Source of the DNA: Deltaproteobacteria bacterium
GTDB taxonomy: Bacteria; Desulfobacterota; Desulfobacteria; Desulfobacterales; B30-G6
NCBI GenBank assembly: GCA_022340465.1
Contig: JAJDNW010000071.1
Location: 18,606 to 82,605 of the forward strand
DNA length: 64,000 bases
Direction of reading: 5' to 3'
Shown: piece by piece, positions 8,024 through 16,000 of the stretch
How the letters are laid out: every line of letters starts with the position of its first letter
How positions within the stretch are numbered: position 1 is the stretch's first letter
Translations under genes and position numbers: made by a program
Notes under the pieces: model-generated
What the model was told of the DNA's origin: nothing
The model's database searches: none
The model's input: only the letters and a program-made list of their open reading frames with translations

Positions 8024-8665
8024 ATGCAAATGGAAAACAACTATGAGGAAATGACCAAGGCACTGATCGAGGGGAAAGAAGACGAGGTAAAGAAAATGAC
8101 CAGGGAGGCGCTGGACAAAGGGGCCGAACCCAAGTCCATACTGGACAACGGCCTTCTGGCCGGAATGGATGTGGTCGGCAAACGGTTCAAGGCGGGGGAC
8201 ATGTTCATTCCCGAAGTTCTGCTGTGCGCCCGGTGCATGCACGGCGCCATGGACATCCTGAAACCGTTGCTTTCAGACGGCGATGCCCTGGGTGCGGGAA
8301 CCGTGGTGATCGGAACCGTGGAGGGAGACCTGCACGACATCGGCAAGAATCTGGTAGCCATGATGTTGCAGGGAGGCGGGTTCAAGGTCGTAGACCTGGG
8401 AACGAACATTACCCCCCAGGCGTTTGTTGAAGCGGTTAAGGAGCATACCCCCCAGATCGTGGGCATGTCGGCGCTATTGACGACCACCATGCCCAAGATG
8501 GAAGAGACCATCGAGGCACTCAAGGAGGCGGGCGTCAGGGACGGGGTCAAAGTGATGGCCGGCGGTGCACCGGTAACCCAGGATTTTATAGAAAAAATCG
8601 GTGCCGACGCCTATGGGGCCAATGCCGCCGCAGCATCGGAAAAGGCCAAGCAGCTCCTTAATTGA
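8024..8665 (+). CDS. Corrinoid (B12-binding) protein of a methyltransferase system
   Basis: Contains an N-terminal B12-binding_2 helical cap, the DxHxxG motif (GDLHDIGKN), and a Rossmann-like segment VGMSALLTTTMP. SD AGGAGG lies 5 nt before ATG at 8024. Confidence 0.85.
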   Translation: MQMENNYEEMTKALIEGKEDEVKKMTREALDKGAEPKSILDNGLLAGMDVVGKRFKAGDMFIPEVLLCARCMHGAMDILKPLLSDGDALGAGTVVIGTVEGDLHDIGKNLVAMMLQGGGFKVVDLGTNITPQAFVEAVKEHTPQIVGMSALLTTTMPKMEETIEALKEAGVRDGVKVMAGGAPVTQDFIEKIGADAYGANAAAASEKAKQLLN

Positions 8666-8764
8666 AGGTTGGGACCACGCTTGACTCTTCGAGATTCGTC
8701 TCGACAGGCCGGAAAGCTGTGACGCACCCTCATGCAATCATAATTTAAAAGAAAGGAGCGTATC

Positions 8765-10201
8765 ATGGGCATGACCAGCGACGAACTTTATTTTAAACCG
8801 AAGCTTCGTATACTTAGTGAAGAGCAGTTGAAAAAAATTGAAATGGCTGTTTTTGAGGTTCTTGAACACGTCGGTGTGAAAATCACCCATCCGAAAGCAC
8901 TGGAGATTTTTCAGGGCGCCGGCGCCAGGGTGGAAAAGGACCGCGTGAGGATTCCGGCGTGGCTGGTGGAGGACGCCATCCGCAAGACCCCCTCCCGGCT
9001 GGTACTTGGCAATCGCAGGGGAGAACGGGCGGTGGTTCTGGAAGGGGACAAGAGCTGGTTCGGCCCCAGCATCGACTGCATTGACTACTTGGATCCCGTC
9101 ACCGACGAACGCATGCGCTTTACCAGCGACCACTGCCGCATAGCCGCGACTATCGTGGACTATTGCGAGAATTTCGACTGGCTAATGACCATCGGAATGG
9201 CCGCGGATCAGCCGGCGGACATTGCCGACCGTGTCGTCGCCCGCCAGGCTCTGACCTACTGCGAGAAACCGCTGGTTGTCTGCTGCAAGGACACCAACAG
9301 CATGCGGGATATCTATGAAATGGCTCTGGCGATATGCGGCGGCAAGGAAAATTTCGACAAGGCACCCATCGTGGCGCACTATTCAGAGCCCATATCACCG
9401 CTGTTATATTACGACCCGGCCGTCGATAAAATGATCTACTCGGTTGAAAATGACATTCCACTGATCAACTTTCCCTGCGTCCAATCCAGCGGGACGGCGC
9501 CGTCCACTTTTGCGGGAGCCATTATTCAGGGAGCAGCCGAATCCATCAGCGGTGCCGTCCTGGCGCAGGCCATCAAGCCCGGTGCGCCTTTTGTATTCGG
9601 TGCTTTTGTAACTGTCATGGATATGCAAACCACGGTGTTTTCCTACGGAGCCACCGAGATGAGCATCATGGTGGGTGCTTTGGCCCAGTTGGCCCAGCAT
9701 TGGCGGGTCCCGTTCTTCGGAACCGCCGGGGCGACAGATGCCAAATTTCCGGATGCGCAGGCCGCTGCCGAAGCCACCCAGCAGATCATGACCGCGGCCA
9801 CCGTCGGCTCGGGCCTGGTGCATGACTGCAGCAGTTGGATCGATCACGGTTCCGTGGTATCTCCGGGCTTCATGGTACTGGTCAACGAAATCGTAGGTAA
9901 TATAAAGTATTTCATGAACGGGATGCCGGTAACCGAAGACAGCATGGCGCTGGACACAATAGCGTCTGTCGGCCCGGGCGGCAACTACCTGATGGAGCAG
10001 CACACGCTGGACAACTTTCGTCAGGTTCGGTACTCCACCCTGTTCGAACGCATGATTCGGCAGGAATGGGAGGCTGGTGGCTCCAAGACCTTCGAGGATC
10101 GACTGAGAGAGCACACCGAAGCGGCCATGGCCCACAAGCCGGCGCCCCTGCCGGAGGATGTCGTCAAAGAACTGGACAGCATGCAGAAGAACTGGAAGTA
10201 A
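8765..10201 (+). CDS. MttB-superfamily methyltransferase, non-pyrrolysine type (substrate unknown)
   Basis: The 478-aa uninterrupted ORF resembles trimethylamine methyltransferase family members throughout (e.g. LSEEQLKKIEMAVFEVLEHVGVKI..., GPGGNYLMEQHTLDNFR). It has no in-frame TAG and directly follows the corrinoid protein. Confidence 0.8.
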   Translation: MGMTSDELYFKPKLRILSEEQLKKIEMAVFEVLEHVGVKITHPKALEIFQGAGARVEKDRVRIPAWLVEDAIRKTPSRLVLGNRRGERAVVLEGDKSWFGPSIDCIDYLDPVTDERMRFTSDHCRIAATIVDYCENFDWLMTIGMAADQPADIADRVVARQALTYCEKPLVVCCKDTNSMRDIYEMALAICGGKENFDKAPIVAHYSEPISPLLYYDPAVDKMIYSVENDIPLINFPCVQSSGTAPSTFAGAIIQGAAESISGAVLAQAIKPGAPFVFGAFVTVMDMQTTVFSYGATEMSIMVGALAQLAQHWRVPFFGTAGATDAKFPDAQAAAEATQQIMTAATVGSGLVHDCSSWIDHGSVVSPGFMVLVNEIVGNIKYFMNGMPVTEDSMALDTIASVGPGGNYLMEQHTLDNFRQVRYSTLFERMIRQEWEAGGSKTFEDRLREHTEAAMAHKPAPLPEDVVKELDSMQKNWK

Positions 10202-10481
10202 ACCTCATGGTTGCAACGTCGAGGTAAACGGTCCGGCCGGCCCTGACGGCCGGCCGGACGTTCCCGGGAAAAAGCGGTGGAGATTAACCCCATGGCCGCA
10301 ACGCCAGGGTAACTTTCGGTGCGGTAATTGGCTTGATCCCCTACAGCAAGGCGACATTCATCATTTTAGAGTATTTGCCATATATATGTTCGATTTCAAC
10401 ATTGGAGTGGCAGGTGGCGGGTTTGGGAATACGGAACGGTATTCTGGCAAACACTAGCGTGTAACCCGTCGATATTTTTTA

Positions 10482-10558
10482 GCGGCGAAGCCGCATGTAA
10501 TAAAAGATCCCTCGTGTGAACGGGTCCCCGTCGGTTCACACGAGGGATCTTTTATTAC
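10482..10558 (+). repeat. Composite hairpin element: GCGGCGAAGCCGC + GTAAT + perfect 25-bp stem (copy A)
   Basis: The mini-hairpin GCGGCGAAGCCGC lies at 10482-10494. GTAATAAAAGATCCCTCGTGTGAAC (10497-10521) is the exact reverse complement of 10534-10558, with a 12-nt loop. The same leading module recurs at 27480-27545. Confidence 0.7.
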
Positions 10559-10658
10559 CGTTTGGTAATCTTGCCGTCATCTTCCCGTTAACTTGGTGTG
10601 TTATGGTTCAATCAAGCTAAAGGAGCGAAATGCAACCAATTTACCAGGAGGAAATACA

Positions 10659-12089
10659 ATGTACCGAATAAACGCACACATTCCCAAACCGTTAATTTGT
10701 ATTGTAGCCGGTCTATTGCTGGCATTGGCCCCGTTCTCGGTGTCCGCCGCCACCGACACCACCACCATGGTGCCGGCCAATTTCAGCAAGTTGGCCAAAG
10801 AAGCCAAACCAAGCGTGGTCAACATCAGAACCGTCACCACCGTCAAGGGGGGCGGGCGGGTGTTCCGACACTTTTTTGGCGATCAGCACGGAAAGAATCC
10901 CTTCGAAGAGTTTTGGGGGCCTAATATGGAAAGTGGCCCGTCGAGGGACTACAAGCAGCGCAGCCTGGGGTCGGGGTTCATCATCGACAAAGAGGGGTAC
11001 ATCGTCACCAACAACCACGTAGTGGAAAACGCCGAACAGATCAAGGTGAAACTGGCCGACGACAAGGAGTACGATGCGACCCTGGTCGGCCGCGACGTCA
11101 ATACCGACCTGGCTCTGATCAAGATATCGACCCCGAATGCATTGACCCCCATCAGGATGGGCGACTCGGAGAAGGTCGATGTGGGGGACTGGGTTGTGGC
11201 TATCGGGAGCCCCTTCGGCCTGGAGCAGACCGTTACAGCCGGTATTGTAAGCGCCAAGGGGCGTACTATCGGGTCCGGCCAGTATGACGATTTCATTCAG
11301 ACGGACGCCTCCATCAACCCCGGCAACAGCGGCGGACCGCTTATCAACATGACGGGTGAAGTGGTCGGCATTAACACGGCCATCGTCGCCAGCGGCCAGG
11401 GCATCGGATTTGCCATTCCAGTCAACCTGGCCAAGGGCATTATTGTCCAGTTGAAAAAGAGCGGTGAAGTGACCCGTGGATGGCTGGGTGTAGGCATTCA
11501 GAACCTGACGCCCGAGCTGGCCAAATACTACCAACTCGACGAGGACGGTGGTGTTCTGGTTACCCAGGTGTTCAAGGGGGACCCTGCCGAAAAAGGCGGT
11601 ATTCGGCCCAATGACATCATTACCGCGGTAGACGGCGAACCCGTTTCTTCGGTGAGGGCGCTGTCCGGGGTGATTGCCAACACGCGCGTCGGCAAGCGCA
11701 CGGCCGTAACCTTTTTGCGGGACGGCAAGAAAAAGACGGTGTACGTGGAACTGGCCAAACGCGAAGAAGATGTTCGCAAGGTAAAATCCGAACCTGAAAA
11801 GGGCGATGATCTCGGGATAGAGCTGATGGAATTGTCGCCTGAATACGTCGGCAAGCTCGGGTTTGAAGAGGGAGAGGAAGGCGTCCTCGTGGGAGGCCTA
11901 ACGCCGGGCGGAAAGGCCGAGAATGCCGAAATCAAGCGCGGCGACCTGATCAAAGAGGTCAACCACGTCAAGGTGACATCGATCAAGGAGTTCCGCCAGC
12001 AGGTCGACAAGGTCGAGTCAGGGGAGTCCCTCAACCTGCTTATCCGACGCCCGCGCAGGGGGTTTGTGGTTATAACGCTGGAAAAATGA
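10659..12089 (+). CDS. htrA: Periplasmic serine endoprotease DegP/HtrA family (trypsin-like + 2 PDZ)
   Basis: Contains a signal peptide, TNNHVV (catalytic His), DLALIK (catalytic Asp), NPGNSGGPLINM (catalytic Ser), and two PDZ-like segments. SD AGGAGG precedes ATG at 10659; the track start at 10593 is a TTG. Confidence 0.9.
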   Translation: MYRINAHIPKPLICIVAGLLLALAPFSVSAATDTTTMVPANFSKLAKEAKPSVVNIRTVTTVKGGGRVFRHFFGDQHGKNPFEEFWGPNMESGPSRDYKQRSLGSGFIIDKEGYIVTNNHVVENAEQIKVKLADDKEYDATLVGRDVNTDLALIKISTPNALTPIRMGDSEKVDVGDWVVAIGSPFGLEQTVTAGIVSAKGRTIGSGQYDDFIQTDASINPGNSGGPLINMTGEVVGINTAIVASGQGIGFAIPVNLAKGIIVQLKKSGEVTRGWLGVGIQNLTPELAKYYQLDEDGGVLVTQVFKGDPAEKGGIRPNDIITAVDGEPVSSVRALSGVIANTRVGKRTAVTFLRDGKKKTVYVELAKREEDVRKVKSEPEKGDDLGIELMELSPEYVGKLGFEEGEEGVLVGGLTPGGKAENAEIKRGDLIKEVNHVKVTSIKEFRQQVDKVESGESLNLLIRRPRRGFVVITLEK

Positions 12090-12153
12090 TGCATTGAAAA
12101 GATAAACGTAAATAATTCTGGCCAAGAGGACCGGGTTATACATACTGGAATAA

Positions 12154-12191
12154 AAAAGGGCACAAGGGAGCGGTTTCCCTTGTGCCCTTTT
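12154..12191. terminator. Bidirectional intrinsic terminator between convergent htrA and the thioesterase gene
   Basis: AAAAGGGCACAAGGGA (12154-12169) and TCCCTTGTGCCCTTTT (12176-12191) form a perfect 16-bp stem with a 6-nt loop. A and T tracts flank both sides. Confidence 0.8.
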
Positions 12192-12277
12192 CACTTTGAA
12201 AAAGACAACCGGACCAGGCCATGCTTTACGAGGGGTCTTTCAGCAACGGTTGACAGGTGCAAGAATAACTACCCGTT

Positions 12278-12700
12278 TTAAAAGAAGGGAATGGGCTTTC
12301 CCGTTCGAAAGGCCAGCGCCTGGCAGGTGGCTATCAGCTTCTCTTTTTCTTCGAATACCTTGATATCGTAAGTGGCCGTCTTTTTGGTGCGGTTGATTTC
12401 CATGGCCTCGGCGCGCAGGCGGGTCCGCCGATCCGGACTGGCAACGTAGGTGACATTGACGTTTAAGGCCACCGCGATCGTGCCGTGGGTCTGGCTGGCG
12501 GTTTCAAAAGCCTCGTCCATCAGCGAATACACGGCGCCCCCATGGGCCCGCTGGTATAGATTGCCCATGCAAGGCGGCTCATAGGTCATCTCAACCACCG
12601 ACCGGCCCGTGTCGAGTGCAACGAGTTCCATGCCGAACCGCCTGGCCAGCGGTTCCTGCTCTACGGCCCGCATGATGGCATTTTTCAGCCTTTCATCCAT
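12278..12700 (-). CDS. PaaI-family hotdog-fold acyl-CoA thioesterase
   Basis: The 140-aa ORF has the typical pattern ...LARRFGMELVALDTGRSVVEMTYEP...NLYQRAHGGAVYSLMDEAF... Confidence 0.75.
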   Translation of the reverse strand: MDERLKNAIMRAVEQEPLARRFGMELVALDTGRSVVEMTYEPPCMGNLYQRAHGGAVYSLMDEAFETASQTHGTIAVALNVNVTYVASPDRRTRLRAEAMEINRTKKTATYDIKVFEEKEKLIATCQALAFRTGKPIPFF

Positions 12701-12750
12701 CCTCTTTTCCGTTTGTCAACCCATTGAAAAACACCGTGGCCCCCTCTTGC

Positions 12751-12918
12751 TCATCTCCGGCGGTCGAGCAGGCAGATCACCATGAACGGAAGTTCGATGA
12801 CAAATTCGAGAACAAAGCCGAATATGGCCGTGAAGAGAATGACAGGCAGCTTGAAGGCCGCGAAGTAAGCCCGCGAGCGGACGATCTTATCCCTGATTTG
12901 GCGCACGCTGGTTTTCAT
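12751..12918 (-). CDS. Possible 55-aa single-TM peptide (below the ORF-track size cut-off)
   Basis: My translation is MKTSVRQIRDKIVRSRAYFAAFKLPVILFTAIFGFVLEFVIELPFMVICLLDRRR*. It lies 50 nt upstream of, and co-oriented with, the thioesterase. It competes with the + strand track ORF 12724..13026. Confidence 0.3.
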   Translation of the reverse strand: MKTSVRQIRDKIVRSRAYFAAFKLPVILFTAIFGFVLEFVIELPFMVICLLDRRR

Positions 12919-13034
12919 AATGGGTTTGTTGCGTTATCTTGTTCATTGCACATAACAACCGATTATTTCCATACACCGCCTGAGATTTTTATGCAACTGC
13001 CGCTGGAATTTGTATTCGGCGCTTGAAAGGTCGG

Positions 13035-13063
13035 GTCACATTTGATATAAATATCGTTATAAT
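13035..13063 (+). promoter_or_regulatory. Candidate sigma70-type promoter of the 1444-aa gene
   Basis: GTCACA (13035-13040), a 17-nt spacer, then TATAAT (13058-13063). It is bracketed by the perfect 10-bp inverted repeat CGCTGGAATT (13001-13010) / AATTCCAGCG (13061-13070). It would give a very short leader before ATG at 13076. Confidence 0.35.
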
Positions 13064-13075
13064 TCCAGCGGAAAA

Positions 13076-16000
13076 ATGAGTGAGCATCTTCATATTTTAG
13101 GTATCGACATCGGATCCGTCGCCATTGCCGTTGCCGCGGTGACCCCATTGAAAAGGATCGAGAGGACCGCCTATGGGTTTCATCACGGCAATATAAGAGA
13201 GACGCTCGCCAGCCTGCTCGCCGATTTCGATCTGTCTCTCGTCCGCTGGGTTGCCGCCACGACTTCCTCGCCGTCCAGCCTAAAAACTACCTGCCGGTAC
13301 GACAACCGCATCGCGACGATCACTGCGGCCCAGGCGCTGCATAAAAAGGTTGGATCCATTCTGATCGTGGGGGGAGAAAAATTTGGATTGATCCGTTTCG
13401 ATGAGAACGGCCATTACACGGGATACAAAGCCAACACCTCATGCGCTGCCGGTACCGGCAGTTTTCTGGATCAGCAGGCGGAACGACTGGGCTTGGAGGA
13501 CGTTGGAGAACTGGGCGCGCTCGCATTTGCCAACACCGGCAGTGTCCCCAAAATCGCTTCGCGCTGCGCGGTATTCGCCAAGACGGATTTGGTGCATGCC
13601 CAGCAGGAGGGTTACGGCCTCTCTGAAATCTGCGACGGGCTGTGCTTCGGGCTGGCCAGGAATATTGTGGATACCCTGTTTGTGGGGCAGGAACCCATCG
13701 GGCCGGTCATTTTTTCGGGTGGCGTCTCCAGAAACAGGGCGGTGGTAAGGCATGTCAGGCATCTCGTTCAGATGGAGGTGATTCCGGAAGTCACTTACCT
13801 CGGTGCGGTGGGGGCGGCCTTCAGCCTTGCCGTTGACGGCTGCCGTTTCACGAAGATCGAGTTGAATTCGGCCATGGATCTTGTGGCCGAGGGCGGGCAA
13901 AGCAAAAAATACTATTTCGACCCTCTCGAATTGAAACTATCCGATTACCCCGACTTTGACAGCCTGGAGCGCTACGATTACCACCCGTCGGGATCTTCAT
14001 TTGCGCAGGACGTGGAAGTGGACGTTTACCGGGATTTTTTACCGTTCGCCGATCAAGGGGACCGCTGCAAAGCCTACCTGGGAATCGACATAGGCTCTAC
14101 CAGCACGAAGGCCGTGATCTTGAGCCCGTCAAAAAGTGTGCTGGCGGGATTTTACACCAGGACGGGAGGTCGCCCGGTTGTGGCCGTGCAGAATCTGCTG
14201 GCCGCCATCGAGGAAGTGGTGATCGGCAAAGGGGTGGACCTGCACATAAGCGGTGCGGGGACAACGGGGTCGGGACGCAAATTTGTGGGCGGGATTGTCG
14301 GTGCCGATCTGATCGTCGACGAGATAACGGCCCACGCGCGTGCCGCCGTTGAAATCAACCCCGAAGTGGACACCATTCTCGAAATCGGGGGCCAGGACAG
14401 CAAATTCACTACCCTGAAAGACGGCAGCGTCACGTTTTCCATTATGAACAGGGTCTGTGCCGCAGGCACGGGGAGCTTTATCGAAGAGCAGGCCCAGAAA
14501 CTCGACTGCCCGCTGACATCTTATGCAGAGCGGACGGAAGGACAGAGGTCACCGATCACCAGCGATCGATGCACCGTTTTCATGGAAAGGGACGTCAACT
14601 ACTATCTTTCCGAGGGCTACACCAAGAACGAGATGCTGGCCTCGGTGCTGCATGCCATCCGGGAAAATTATCTCACCAAAGTCGCCGTGGAAAGCAGCAT
14701 CGGGCAGACGATTCTGTTCCAGGGTGCCACGGCCAAAAACAGGGCCCTGGTAGCAGCGTTCGAGCAACGTCTCGAAAAACCGATCCACGTGTCTCGCTAC
14801 TGCCATCTCGCCGGTGCCATGGGCGTGGCCTTGAAGCTTGCGGACAGAAGCTATGAGGGCAGCGAATTCAAAGGCCTCGATCTACACCGCAAGACGATTC
14901 CCATCAGATCGGAAGTCTGTGAGCTTTGCACGAACCACTGCAAGATTACCGCCGCCCACATAGATGGACGGACAGCGGCCTACGGTTTTTTATGCGGCCG
15001 GGATTACGATACGCGTAAATTCGTGGACAACAACACTTCGGGATTCGATTTGCTGACAGCGAGAAAAAAAGTCCTGAGGCTTCCGGAACAGGCGAAGCCG
15101 GATCCCGGGCTGAAGCGGGAAACCGTCACCGTGGGATTGCCGGCCGTGCTGCACATGGCCGACGATATGGCGTTTTGGAAATACTTTTTCGGCCGCTTGG
15201 GTATTGACACCATTACCAGTGAAACCTATGCCCACGGGGTCAAGGAAGGCAAGCATATAGCCGGTGCGGAATTTTGCGCCCCCATGGCGGCGATGCACGG
15301 GCACGTCAGCTATCTCAGGGAACGTGCGGACCGTGTCTTTCTACCCTTTTATCTGGATCACCACCCTCCCAGGGACGGCAATCGCCGGCAGTACTGCTAC
15401 TATACCCAGTTCGCGCCGTCCCTGGCCAGCTTTGCCAAGGGGAGCGTTGCGGACCGGACGGACCAATGGCTGCTGACACCTCTGATTCGATACCTTTACA
15501 ACCGTTTTCATGCGCGTGTCCAGCTGTACAGGATGCTGAAGTCCTTTGCCAGAGAGAGAATCGGATTTGCCAGAGTCTCTGCAGCCTATGAAGAAGCCCT
15601 CCAGTTTAAAAAACAGGCACAAGAGGCGCTGCGGCGGCTTTACAGGGATGAGACCCGGGAAAAGGGCCGGCTGCACGTCGTGCTCCTGGGAAGGCCCTAC
15701 ACCGTACTGCAAAAATGCATGAACAAGGGGATCCCGAACATTCTGGCTTCGATGGGTATCAAAACTTTCTATCAGGACATGCTAACGGTGACGGAGGAAA
15801 CCAAAACCCTCATCGCGCCGCTTTTAAAAGAACTGCACTGGCATTACGCCGTTGAGGTGGTGAAAGCCGCCGCCTGCGTGGCCGCATCACCGGACGCCTA
15901 CCCGGTTCTAGTGACCTCTTTCAAATGCACGCCGGACGCCTTTGTCGTCGAGTATTTCAAGCAGATCATGGAACGCGCGGAAAAACCATACCTCGTTCTT

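Noticed and set aside
7813-8040. Small track ORFs in spacers: 7813..8040 (-), 17933..18121 (+), 22165..22380 (+), 10158..10457 (+), 38696..38902 (+).
   Set aside because: I found no convincing SD, most use alternative start codons, and they coincide with structured or AT-rich regulatory DNA. None shows recognisable protein features.
8765-10201. Possible pyrrolysine (in-frame TAG) methyltransferase.
   Set aside because: The ORF is continuous over 478 codons with no internal TAG, and no pyl genes are in the window. It is a non-Pyl MttB-family member.
12724-13026. A 100-aa plus-strand ORF in the thioesterase / 1444-aa gene intergenic region.
   Set aside because: It has a TTG start and no SD, and it spans the promoter region. 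Its translation has no features, and the opposite strand offers a more protein-like (though still uncertain) TM mini-ORF.
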